From an uncultured delta proteobacterium (GTDB lineage Bacteria; Myxococcota_A; Polyangia; Fen-1088), in contig CAWAKD010000001.1 in the NCBI GenBank assembly GCA_963782545.1, positions 8,118-72,117 of the forward strand: DNA of 64,000 nucleotides, read 5' to 3'. Position numbers and translations under genes: made by a program. Every line of letters begins with the position of its first letter. Positions within the stretch are counted from its first letter, which is position 1. The notes under the pieces are model-generated. The model was given only the letters and a program-made list of their open reading frames with translations. It was not told where the DNA came from and did no database searches. Positions 1-9,011 of this stretch are shown here, in pieces.

Positions 1-2
1 TG

Positions 3-581
3 GGGCTTGTGGGTGCGCTGCTCATCGCCAGCGGCAACAGCGCCCTCATGATTTGGGGGTTCTTCCTGGCCCACGTGCAATCCATCCTCGGCGGGTGCCA
101 CGACGAATTGGCGCGCGTGCGCTTCAAGCAGAGCGCGATCGGCGAGTTGCTCGACACCGTGGTCGACGACGGCCTCGACATTGTCATCTTCGCGGCGCTT
201 GGCTTCGGCTTCTATCGCGCCACGGGTTCGAACCTCCTTCTCTCGGCCGGGCTCATTGCCAGCCTCATGCACATCGTCTACGACTTCGTCGCCCTGACCG
301 AGATCCGCCGGCAAGGCGAGGGCGGCGAGATCGTCAAAGTGCGCTGGTGGCTCGCGGGCCGTGTCAACGTGAAGACGCGTTTGAGCCACAATCAAGCCCA
401 TCCCCTGATGGTTCTCTACGCCATGGGACGGCGGGACTTCTTCGTGTTGGCGTTCCTGGTCTACGCGCTGGTTGGGCTCGGCAAGCTGGCGCTGATCCAC
501 GCCCTGCTCATCGCCGGCTCGCTCTTCGCGGTCGCGACGGCGCAGGTCATCTGGCGCCTGCGCGGCAGCCCCGAAACCTAG
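3..581 (+). CDS. CDP-alcohol phosphatidyltransferase-family membrane protein, C-terminal part (5' end outside window)
   Basis: Frame stays open back to the window edge. ELARVRFKQSAIGELLDTVVDD fits the AR-x8-G-x3-D-x3-D signature and is followed by several hydrophobic helices. High GC3. Confidence 0.6.
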   Translation, partial: GLVGALLIASGNSALMIWGFFLAHVQSILGGCHDELARVRFKQSAIGELLDTVVDDGLDIVIFAALGFGFYRATGSNLLLSAGLIASLMHIVYDFVALTEIRRQGEGGEIVKVRWWLAGRVNVKTRLSHNQAHPLMVLYAMGRRDFFVLAFLVYALVGLGKLALIHALLIAGSLFAVATAQVIWRLRGSPET

Positions 582-985
582 CCCTTTCGCCTTGGGGCCT
601 TGGAAAGAGGCCGGATGTCGTTGCTCGTCGCGGCGGTGGCGTTGCCAAACTGACGGGGAACCACCTGCGAGGCGTGCCACGGTTTCGGAGCAACTCCGCA
701 ACTCCGCGAGATCACGTCACTGAATCCGCGATTCGCCTCGGCATGAATCATGAAGGAGACAGAACGAGAAAGGAGATGCCGGATCCCACGCCCCCGCGAA
801 CCCACAACCCAAAGGAGGTACCGCCCTCGTAGTAAGATGCCTCCGTGGCGGCCCCGGGGTCTTCCGTCAAGACCCATCGATTGGGGCCGCCTCCCTTTGC
901 AACACCCTGTGCCCTGGAGCAAGTACGCAATTTGACAGGGACTGCTTGGGGCAAGGACACTTCCAGACGATTGTGGAGGCACATC

Positions 986-2048
986 ATGAAGTCTTTCATG
1001 GCATTGATGTTGGGCTTTACCGGCCTCGGCTTTGGATGCGGAGGGACGCATACCTCCCCGGCCCTGGATGGAAGCGCCGGGGGCACGGCCGGTGGCGCTG
1101 GCGGTGGTCAGGGTGGCACGGCGGGGTCATCCGTCACGGCGGCCGGTGGAACCGCGGGTTCCACGGCGATTGGCGCCTTGCCCGAGGGCAACACCGGGAT
1201 TGCGGCCAAGTATCCGGGCGACGTGGGCATCGCGGGCGATTCGGAGGTCATCTTCGCCGACGACTTCGAGAGCTACGCCAAGGCGGCGGACATCGGCAAG
1301 CGCTGGGACAACATGTACCAGAATCAGTACGTGGCCATCACGACCACGGCGGCCGACGTGTACGCCGGCAGGCAGGCGCTCGAGTTCACCCTGCCGCAGG
1401 AAACGGCCGAGCTTTCCGATGCGACCGAGAAGATCGTAAGCCCGGAGCTCGACGTCTTGTTCTTGCGCTACTACTCGAAGTTCCAGCCGCCCTACGATGT
1501 CGTCGGCTCTAGCCACAATGGATTCGAGCATCTCGGCCCACTACGAAGTTGGTTTTCAGTCCACCCCCGGCGTTCCGGCGGACGGGACCAACAAGTTCCT
1601 GGCCAATCTGGAGAACTGGCGCGGCGACACCAGCACCGCTTCGCCCGGCGACCTCAACATCTACATCTACCATCCGCTCCAGCGCAGCCAATGGGGCGAT
1701 CACTTCTTCCCCACAGGCCTGGTCATGCCCAACACCAGCATTCCTTTCGACTTCGGCCCCGACTTCGTCAGTAGACCGGACATTATCCCCGAGCTCGACC
1801 GCTGGTACGGCTACGAGCTGATGGTCAAGGCGAACACCCCAGGCCAGAGCGACGGCCGCATCGCCGCATGGGTCGACGGCAAGCTGACCATGGACTTCCC
1901 CAACCTGCGCCTGCGCGACGTGGCCAGCCTGACCATCGACCGCTTCGCCCTCTGCTTCCACATCGGCTCGAACCCGAACGGCGAGTCCAAGAAGTGGTAC
2001 GACAACGTGGTCGCCGCTACGTCGTACATCGGGCCGATGGTGAAGTGA
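986..2048 (+). pseudogene. Secreted protein (lipoprotein-type signal) with a polysaccharide-lyase-like / concanavalin-type jelly-roll domain; frame broken near 1523
   Basis: ATG 986 gives the signal MKSFMALMLGFTGLGFGCGG plus a Gly-rich linker. ORF 845..1774 reads ...YDVVGSSHNG and then degenerates. ORF 1497..2048 in the next frame continues SSISAHYEVGFQ...AAWVDGKLTMDFPNLRLRD...KKWYDNVVAATSYIGP. Removing one T of the TT at 1523-1524 joins them. The family call is by pattern only. Confidence 0.55.
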
Positions 2049-2079
2049 TATCTCCGAGGCTTTGCGCATTCCGGATAGA

Positions 2080-2508
2080 ATGGCGACGCCATCCATGAGA
2101 CAGTTCTTGGCTACCATCGAAGTCGGCACCCGGCGAGAGCGCGAGCTGGTGGACATTACGGAGCGGGTGCGCGAGGAAGTCCGCCGTTCGGCGATCCGCA
2201 ACGGCACCTGCGCCCTGTATGCGCAAGGGGCCACGGCAGCGCTGATGATTCAAGAGAACGACGATCCGAACATCACCCTCGACGTGCTCGATTGCCTGGA
2301 CAGCATCGCCCCGCCGGGTCGGTGGCGCCACGATCGCGTGGACGACAACGGCTCCGCACACATTCAAGCCGGCATCGTCGGCCCCAGCGAGGTCATCCCA
2401 ATCCGCGACGGCAACCTCGCCCTTTCGACCTGGCAGAACATCTTCCTGTGCGACTTCGACGGCCCGCGAACCCGCCGAACGGTACTGCTGACCATTCAGG
2501 GAGAGTAG
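2080..2508 (+). CDS. YjbQ/UPF0047-family protein (secondary thiamine-phosphate synthase-like)
   Basis: Full-length family pattern: ...IEVGTRRERELVDITERV...GTCALYAQGATAALMIQENDDPNI..D....RHD....DNGSAHIQAGIVGPSEVIPIRDGNLALSTWQNIFLCDFDGPR.R. ATG at 2080 is preferred over TTG at 2062. Confidence 0.8.
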   Translation: MATPSMRQFLATIEVGTRRERELVDITERVREEVRRSAIRNGTCALYAQGATAALMIQENDDPNITLDVLDCLDSIAPPGRWRHDRVDDNGSAHIQAGIVGPSEVIPIRDGNLALSTWQNIFLCDFDGPRTRRTVLLTIQGE

Positions 2509-2519
2509 GAGCGCCAAGC

Positions 2520-3521
2520 TCAGCCTCGCCGGGACGGGCGGAATCCTCCGAACACGAGCAGAAACAGGCACGTGACGACCGTAGTGGCCGAAGCTGCTTC
2601 CCTGGAACTCCCAATCCGGCAGCCACAGCCGCGGTTGCACGCGCCCGTCAAGTCGATGGTGGACGGGGCCGAACGGTTGCCGGCCAGGTCGATGGCCACG
2701 ACCTGGTATGTGCCGGGCGTGCCGACGAAGCGATTCAGGCCGATGCCGGGATCTTGATAGTCGGTGCTGCCACAATAGAACACGCCGGTTGACAAATTGC
2801 CGACCTGCATCGGAATGACGACACCGTTGCTAGTGGATAGCTCATAGTAGCCGACTGCGGTGTCATCCGAAGCGGGTTCCCATTCCAGCGTGATGCGGAA
2901 GCCATCATAGTCAAAGCAGCAACCGCCGCCGCTGCAGGCCTCCGGAACCCTGGCGGAGGTGACTCGTCCCGGCGGACTGGGCAGGGTTAGGTCGGACCCC
3001 TGGCCGGTCGTGAAACTCGCGATGATCGCAGATTCCATGGTGGCGACATCGGTGCCAGCCCCTCCGTCAAGCGTATCGCTTTCGGGAGCGCCAGAATCCT
3101 CGCCGACACCGGCATCCGGACTTGGCGCGCAGGGTGGGTAGGATGCGGTGTCGTAGCGGACGACACACGGCAATCGCGCGTAGTCGGAAAGGATCAGGTA
3201 TTGAGTGTTCGGCGCGAGTGGGATCGTGGGGGTGAGCACGAAGTGGTGGGGAAGCCACTCCACGACTTGAGCCGCGACTGGGTCGCCGCCGCTGGTTCGC
3301 AGCGTGGGATGATCCATAGGCGACATCGCCGCTACATTGGCTCCGTACGCGATGTGCACCTGGACGTTGGTCGGAACGCCGGTGGCACCATCGGACGGGG
3401 CAACAGCCCGTTCGTAGACCAGCCACTGGGCGGGCGGAGAGCAAGCGTGCACGCGCGCGGGCGCCTGCGCCGCCGCGACCACGCAAATCACGACAAGGCC
3501 GTGACCTAGCTCACGCCGCAT
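2520..3521 (-). CDS. Secreted Ig-like/hypothetical protein with MYXO-CTERM-type C-terminal sorting tail
   Basis: Start at MRRELGHGLVVICVVAAAQAPARVHA (signal peptide). The C-terminus ...GACNRGCGCRIGSS...TTVVTCLFLLVFGGFRPSRRG is a GCGC motif, a hydrophobic helix and a basic tail. Confidence 0.6.
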   Translation of the reverse strand: MRRELGHGLVVICVVAAAQAPARVHACSPPAQWLVYERAVAPSDGATGVPTNVQVHIAYGANVAAMSPMDHPTLRTSGGDPVAAQVVEWLPHHFVLTPTIPLAPNTQYLILSDYARLPCVVRYDTASYPPCAPSPDAGVGEDSGAPESDTLDGGAGTDVATMESAIIASFTTGQGSDLTLPSPPGRVTSARVPEACSGGGCCFDYDGFRITLEWEPASDDTAVGYYELSTSNGVVIPMQVGNLSTGVFYCGSTDYQDPGIGLNRFVGTPGTYQVVAIDLAGNRSAPSTIDLTGACNRGCGCRIGSSREAASATTVVTCLFLLVFGGFRPSRRG

Positions 3522-3781
3522 TTTCCAGCCCACCTGGATGGAAAGTATCTCGCTTGAATGGCCAGGAGTAAACCGCCATCCTAGGCAGTCCCTACGTTCC
3601 CGGACCAACCAGCGGTCCTGCTGCGGTCCGTGCTCGTTGACACCGGCGATGGCTTCCGCTCAATATCCGACCATGGCTTCGTCGCCCACGCCCGAGACTT
3701 CACCAGGGACCGCCCAAGGCTCCCAACCTCAAGTCGCGAGCTCGCCGGCAGAGGCGACGCTGCCCCCGGCGCAACCCTCCG

Positions 3782-4339
3782 ATGAACGCCAGGTGCGGAG
3801 ATTCCGACGGGCTCCCGCCCTGCAGGGCGACCTACGAATTCAACGTGCTCTGCTACACCCTGCTCAGCCTGTTCATCATTTGCTTTGGCGTCTGGGTGAT
3901 CTTCGCGTGGACGGACTACGGCAAGCGCTATGCGCCCCTTGCCGACGGCTGGTACGCCGGGGGCACGCGGTCCATCGAGATCACCCTGGTTCGCGAAGAC
4001 CGGCAGAACCTGGACTGTGCCTCGGACGTCGTGATCGAAGGCCTGCATTGCGCCTACCGGGCCGACCTGCAGCCCTTCGAGCCCGGCGGCACCGAGGAGT
4101 CGGTGCGACTCCGTCCCTACAGCACCGTGGACCAGGTCACCTTCCTTGGCGCGGGGCTCTGGATATCACCTGGCCTGGCTGGTCCGCTACCGAGGGAGCG
4201 CTTCACCGTGACCTGCAACTATCACATGCTCAGCACGCTCAAGTCGGTGACCATGCGCTGGGCGGCCGGAGGTGCGTTCACGCCGGGCAAGTCCGCCGTG
4301 CCCGTGGGGGTGCTCTCAGGATGCGTGATTCCGCAATGA
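3782..4339 (+). CDS. Hypothetical membrane-anchored protein, translationally coupled to the downstream mannosyltransferase
   Basis: Strong GC3 bias. One TM helix (VLCYTLLSLFIICFGVWVIFAW). Its stop TGA 4337-4339 overlaps ATG 4336 of the next gene (ATGA). Confidence 0.6.
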   Translation: MNARCGDSDGLPPCRATYEFNVLCYTLLSLFIICFGVWVIFAWTDYGKRYAPLADGWYAGGTRSIEITLVREDRQNLDCASDVVIEGLHCAYRADLQPFEPGGTEESVRLRPYSTVDQVTFLGAGLWISPGLAGPLPRERFTVTCNYHMLSTLKSVTMRWAAGGAFTPGKSAVPVGVLSGCVIPQ

Positions 4340-5658
4340 CTCCAGCGACGATGATTGGCGGCGTGCTACAGACCTTTCGCGCCGCCTGGCAGGACGCCGT
4401 GGACGATTGGCAGACCTTGGGGCGCCCCCAGCGTGCCACCACGTTGCTGCTTGTCTTCCTGATCGTGGGCGGCACGATCCTGCGCATCCAGGGGATCGGC
4501 TTTCCGCCGCGCAACACCTTCGACGAGCAGTTCTACGGGCCCACCGCGCATCACTTCTTGCTCGGCATTCCCGACATGCACGATTTCCATCCCCCGCTGG
4601 GCAAGCTGCTTGGCAGCATCGGACTTCTCCTATTCGGCTACAACTCGGTGGGCTGGCGGTTCATGTATCTGTGTTTTGGCCTGCAGACCATGGTCATCGC
4701 CTTCTGGCTGGCGCGCGAGATCTTTGCCAGTCGGCGGGCGGGTTGGATGGCGGCGGCCTTCGTCGCCGCCGATGGGTTCTTCATTGCCTATTCGCGTACC
4801 GCGCTGATCGATGGAATGCTCACCTGCTTTGTCTTGTGGAGCGTCTTGGCGGCGGTCACTGCACGCACCTGGCGAGGGGTGGCCGTTGCCGCGATCTTCG
4901 TTGGCGCCGCCACGTCCATCAAATGGAGTGGCGCACAGACCCTCGCACCGGCCATTCTGGCCGTGCTGCTGCTTCGCCGCGTGCCCTGGCAAACAATCTT
5001 TCTGTTCGTGCTGTCACCCATTGCGCATTTCTTGATCTGGATGGCGGGGCTGCGTGTGATGGGGCATGCCAACGATCCAGCAAGCTTGTGGAAGGTCATT
5101 GTCACGGCCTTCACCAGCCTGAACGCCACCGGACGGTATGACAATCCCTTGGCGTCGGCTTGGTACTCCTGGCCGGTGCTCTATCATCCCATCGTGGTCA
5201 AGCTGTCATCGTACGGAACCACCAGTCGCTATGCTTCCAGCGCCGGCAATCCGGTATTCTGGTTTCCCGCAAGTTTGCTTGCGGTGGGACTTCCCGTGAC
5301 CCGCGGTCTCGCGTTCTTCCGGTTGCGCTGGAGGCGCTATTGGTCGTCGTTCTTCGACGCCTCGTTCACCAACGCGATCCTGGTGCTTGCTGCGGGTTGG
5401 GTGGCGCTGTCCATGCTATTCGTCGTCTCGATGGGCAAGCACTCCTTCTTCTACCACTACCAACCGTCCTACGGCTTCGCCATCGTCCTTCTTGCCGGCT
5501 TCACGGCCAAGCTGGAACGCCACTGGCCTCGCGCGGTGCTGGTGTTCGTCATCCTGGCCGCGCTGATGGCTATCTACTTCGCCCCGGTGTGGGGTGAATT
5601 CCCGCTGACACTGCAAGAAGCCAACCGCCGTCTGATCTTTTTGCCCTGGCGACCCTGA
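4336..5658 (+). CDS. Dolichyl/polyprenyl-phosphate-mannose protein mannosyltransferase (PMT/GT39, GT-C fold)
   Basis: TFDEQFYGPTAHHFLLG...FHPPLGKLLGSIGLLLFG...GWRF......AFVAADGFFIAYSRTALIDGML is the PMT N-terminal pattern. About 10 TM helices. The part of ORF 3538..5658 upstream of 4336 is not coding in this frame. Confidence 0.8.
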   Translation: MTPATMIGGVLQTFRAAWQDAVDDWQTLGRPQRATTLLLVFLIVGGTILRIQGIGFPPRNTFDEQFYGPTAHHFLLGIPDMHDFHPPLGKLLGSIGLLLFGYNSVGWRFMYLCFGLQTMVIAFWLAREIFASRRAGWMAAAFVAADGFFIAYSRTALIDGMLTCFVLWSVLAAVTARTWRGVAVAAIFVGAATSIKWSGAQTLAPAILAVLLLRRVPWQTIFLFVLSPIAHFLIWMAGLRVMGHANDPASLWKVIVTAFTSLNATGRYDNPLASAWYSWPVLYHPIVVKLSSYGTTSRYASSAGNPVFWFPASLLAVGLPVTRGLAFFRLRWRRYWSSFFDASFTNAILVLAAGWVALSMLFVVSMGKHSFFYHYQPSYGFAIVLLAGFTAKLERHWPRAVLVFVILAALMAIYFAPVWGEFPLTLQEANRRLIFLPWRP

Positions 5659-5673
5659 CCAAGGCTTGTGCCC

Positions 5674-7707
5674 CTACGGCACCACCATCAGCGGCACCGT
5701 GCCTCTGACGGACCTTGCGTTGCCGCGGACGTCGCCGTTGAGGATGGTCACCGGCACGGGCGGCACGAGCTCGAAGCGGTAGCCCTTGTTGTCGGTGGCG
5801 AGATCTACTTGCTGACCATTGTATTCCAGGTGCCGCACGTAATCCTCGGGCACGAGGCCTTGGCGAATGTTCGCCCGGTGCCGAACCAGGAAGCCGGCCA
5901 GGCGCAAGGCCAGGTGGTTGTGCAGCCGATGGCAGCCGCTACTCTCGCCGCGTTTGACCGATCGGTAGGCGGGGGTGCCGTGGGTCCGAATACGGTGGTC
6001 CACGAGCTGTGGTTCGCCGTGCTCGTCGCGCCCCTCGATCTGCAAGTGTGTGATCGCCACCAGCCCGTAGGCCGCGCGGTAGCCCGGGCCGATGACCTCG
6101 GTCTTCGGCGCCCAGCCGTCGCCCCGCTTGACCAGCAGCCTGCGGGTGGGCAGGCCCGACGACGGGTGCCAGGTCGGGGTGGCGAGAATCTCGGGCCACA
6201 GGGCCTCGCCCGTGACGGACTCCTTGTACTTGAGCGCCATGGTGCCGTCGGATCGCTCGATCGTCTTCCAGCCGCCGATGGTGGTTGGCCAGCGGCACAG
6301 CGCCACCTCGCGTTCGCCCACGCGCGCGTACAACGTGAGGGTCGGGCGATCGCTGACCGGAGGATGCCACTTCTTCTTTCCGTCCTTGTCGAGGGCCGGC
6401 CGCTTGAGGACCACCTCGCCGCGATTGATCTCCGCCCGTAGATCCATCTTGGGGCTGTGGTAGGCGGGGAGTGGCGGCAGGCGAATCGCGACCGCCGCGG
6501 GCAAGGGAGCTGGAGGCGGAAACGCGGCCCTCTTGCGCGCGGGCCGTCGCGAGGAAGGCGGCGGTGTCGGGGGAACCACCAGCGTGCTCGCCAGCACGGC
6601 TTCGGGTGACGTCCAACCCAGCGCCCGACTGGCAGCCTGGGTGGCGGCGGCGATCAGATCCGGCGCCCGAGTGACCTTGGCCGCGGTGGCTGTTTCCACG
6701 GGCAGGGGCCGGAACTCGGCGCTGTCCAGCACGCGCCCCTGCACCTCGCCGATAACACCCAGGGCCGAGCCGTCCTCGATCAGCCCGGTCGCGTCGACAA
6801 CCCGCTCGCGAAGCGCGCGCAGCAGCGCCCGGAAGTCGTGCTCGCGGCTATCGGCCAAAAGAGCGGTGCGGGTCTCGAGATCGATGCGGCCGTTGTCCGC
6901 GATCATGAGCATCCGCTGGTAAATTTGCAGGCCCGCGACCGTCCGGGGATCCATGCGCGCGCGCTTCGCCCCGCGCAGCAGCAGGCCCTCGCAGCGCAGG
7001 TGCGCCTGCATCGCGATCACCGCCCGCTGGGCCGCGGGGCTCAAGGGCTTCCTCGGCGGCGCTTCCGGTGCGAGCGCGAGCGTCGGATCGGCCGGTGCGC
7101 CGTCTTCCGGGGTGCTCGAGGACTTTTCCGGCTCTTCCGGCACGATCACGCTCCTCGGCGACATGCGTTCCAGCGCCTTGTCCGCCACCTTGTCGTGGCA
7201 AGCGTGGCGCTTGCTAGCCGCCAGCCGCCGGCGCAGCAGGTTCAGGCTGGGGAACACCCCGAAGGCTTCGAAGTAACGGTCTTCGCGGGCGCGCGCGAAG
7301 GTGCTTCCCCGGGGCAGCCGCCCGTTGGCCAGGGCGATCAGATCGGGCCGCAGCGGCTGCGGTTTCCGAGGCTCCTCCGAGAAGATGTACGGCAGCCAGT
7401 CGTCCGAAAGATCGATCACGGTCAGCCCGTCCCGGCGCGCCTTCTCGGGTGTCGTCTGGCCCACGAAGCGCCCTCCCTCGACCACCATGAGCCCGCCGTT
7501 GGCCGGGGCCACCTGGGCCGCTGGCGCTGCTTTGGCCGCCGGTGCCGGCTGCGCCGCGCGCCCGCTGCCGGCCCAAAGACCGGCGAGCGCCAGGACTGTC
7601 GATAGGGAGGCTCCCCAAGCGACCAGGTCCGCCCTCGGGGCGCGGCCTTTGCGGGAACGTCGTTGAAGCGAATTCCCGGCCGGGCTCCGTGGGTACCTCT
7701 CCAGCAC
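5674..7707 (-). CDS. L,D-transpeptidase (YcbB/LdtD-like, YkuD catalytic domain)
   Basis: C-terminal IRTHGTPAYRSVKRGESSGCHRLHN matches the H-G-T...S-x-G-C-x-R catalytic motif, with a long N-terminal scaffold. Start is uncertain: GTG 7707 precedes a signal-like ...LVAWGASLSTVLALAGLWAGSG. The ORF is open to 7977. Confidence 0.7.
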   Translation of the reverse strand: MLERYPRSPAGNSLQRRSRKGRAPRADLVAWGASLSTVLALAGLWAGSGRAAQPAPAAKAAPAAQVAPANGGLMVVEGGRFVGQTTPEKARRDGLTVIDLSDDWLPYIFSEEPRKPQPLRPDLIALANGRLPRGSTFARAREDRYFEAFGVFPSLNLLRRRLAASKRHACHDKVADKALERMSPRSVIVPEEPEKSSSTPEDGAPADPTLALAPEAPPRKPLSPAAQRAVIAMQAHLRCEGLLLRGAKRARMDPRTVAGLQIYQRMLMIADNGRIDLETRTALLADSREHDFRALLRALRERVVDATGLIEDGSALGVIGEVQGRVLDSAEFRPLPVETATAAKVTRAPDLIAAATQAASRALGWTSPEAVLASTLVVPPTPPPSSRRPARKRAAFPPPAPLPAAVAIRLPPLPAYHSPKMDLRAEINRGEVVLKRPALDKDGKKKWHPPVSDRPTLTLYARVGEREVALCRWPTTIGGWKTIERSDGTMALKYKESVTGEALWPEILATPTWHPSSGLPTRRLLVKRGDGWAPKTEVIGPGYRAAYGLVAITHLQIEGRDEHGEPQLVDHRIRTHGTPAYRSVKRGESSGCHRLHNHLALRLAGFLVRHRANIRQGLVPEDYVRHLEYNGQQVDLATDNKGYRFELVPPVPVTILNGDVRGNARSVRGTVPLMVVP

Positions 7708-8018
7708 GAGCAAGAGCGTAGAAGCTCGACCCGAGCGATTCAAGCGCGAGTTTTCGAAACGCGGCTCGGATGCTCGGCCTCGGGGTCTCGGCGTGCTTCT
7801 GCTCAAGCGCGCGTCCAGCGATCCCAAGGACAAGCTGCGGCTGCCGGTCCTGGAGGCCGTGTTGCAGCGTCGAGATCCCTTCTTCCGGCGAGTCCTGACC
7901 AACCGCCGACGCACCCGGGAAGGCCGGATGCATCGTCGTCCGGCGGGCCATCTGCTTCGCCACTCCAGGCGAAGCACTTGGTCTCTTCCTTCAGCAACGT
8001 CGAAGACAGGTTATGGGG

Positions 8019-8903
8019 TCAGCAAGACGTTCCGCCGGTGGGACAGCAGAACATCGTGATCCCTTCCGCCGCCGTGCCTGAGACGGAGCAGAAGCCGGCA
8101 GTGCCTGGGTCAGCGCCCGGCACGCATTCCGTCGTCAGCGGCCCAGTGCCACAGGTATGCGAGACACAGACCGGATCCTTGGGGTAGGTTGCCAGGCAGA
8201 TTTGGCCAGCAGGGCAGGTAACCTGCGCCCCGTTCACGGCCCTGCAGGTGAAGGTCGTGCACGCCCCGGTGGTCACCTGCCAGCTCGTGCCTGAACAACT
8301 CGCTACCGTGCGTCCGCCGGCCGCACAGTCCTCGTAGGCGCACCAGGCGGGCTGGTTGCAGACGGCGCCATTCACCGGTGCCGCTTCCGGACAGCTGCTT
8401 CCGCTGGAGCCACCCGAGCCGATGGTTCCGCCACTGCCGCCGGCAACCCCACCGGTCATGCTGACGCCGCCTGTGCCGCCAATCGATGCGTCTTTGCCCC
8501 CGCCAGTGCCACCGAGACCGGCATCGTGGTTTCCGCCGGTTGCGGTTTCGGGGGCTCCGCCATCGCTGATGCCGCCTCCGCCGCCCGAACCGAGCCCACC
8601 TGTCCCATTGCCTCCGGTCGGGGTTCCGCCCGCGCCGGCTGCGGCGATTCCGCCGGAGCCAGTCGATGCATCGATGCCTCCTCTGGCGTCCGCCCCGCCC
8701 GTACCAATTCCGCCCGTGCCCGAAACGCCGCCACCGGAGCCCCCCACCCCACCCGATCCCGAAATGGCCATGTCCGAAGCTGTTGCATCGCCAGGTGCAG
8801 CGTCGATCGTCGCGCCTTTGCCCCCGGAGTTACCGCACCCGTCAGTCGCAAGCAGGGCGCAACTACTCACTATCGTCAATGCCAGTGCCTTCAATCTACT
8901 CAT
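8019..8903 (-). CDS. Lipoprotein with Gly-rich linker and Cys-rich C-terminal domain
   Basis: MSRLKALALTIVSSCALLATDGCG signal, about 170 aa of (G/S/T/A)-rich low complexity, then a 14-Cys domain (...CPEAAPVNGAVCNQPAWCAYEDC...FCCPTGGTSC). Confidence 0.6.
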   Translation of the reverse strand: MSRLKALALTIVSSCALLATDGCGNSGGKGATIDAAPGDATASDMAISGSGGVGGSGGGVSGTGGIGTGGADARGGIDASTGSGGIAAAGAGGTPTGGNGTGGLGSGGGGGISDGGAPETATGGNHDAGLGGTGGGKDASIGGTGGVSMTGGVAGGSGGTIGSGGSSGSSCPEAAPVNGAVCNQPAWCAYEDCAAGGRTVASCSGTSWQVTTGACTTFTCRAVNGAQVTCPAGQICLATYPKDPVCVSHTCGTGPLTTECVPGADPGTAGFCSVSGTAAEGITMFCCPTGGTSC

Positions 8904-9011
8904 GTGCAACACGCTAATCTCTGCGTTGGGACCGATCCACCAAGAGCATGCCAATGCCGTGCGAACGATCACAGTCACTGTGAGAGCAACCCCGTCCCGG
9001 CAGGACCGAAA

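Noticed and set aside
225-234. GGTTCGAACC, reminiscent of a tRNA T-loop.
   Set aside because: Flanking bases cannot form a T-stem or acceptor stem, and it lies inside a well-supported CDS. No tRNA was found anywhere in the window.
3538-4335. N-terminal 266 codons of the 706-aa ORF 3538..5658.
   Set aside because: Composition is Arg/Pro/Ala-rich shadow-frame sequence. A better coding frame (3782..4339) occupies the same DNA, and the mannosyltransferase similarity begins only at ATG 4336.
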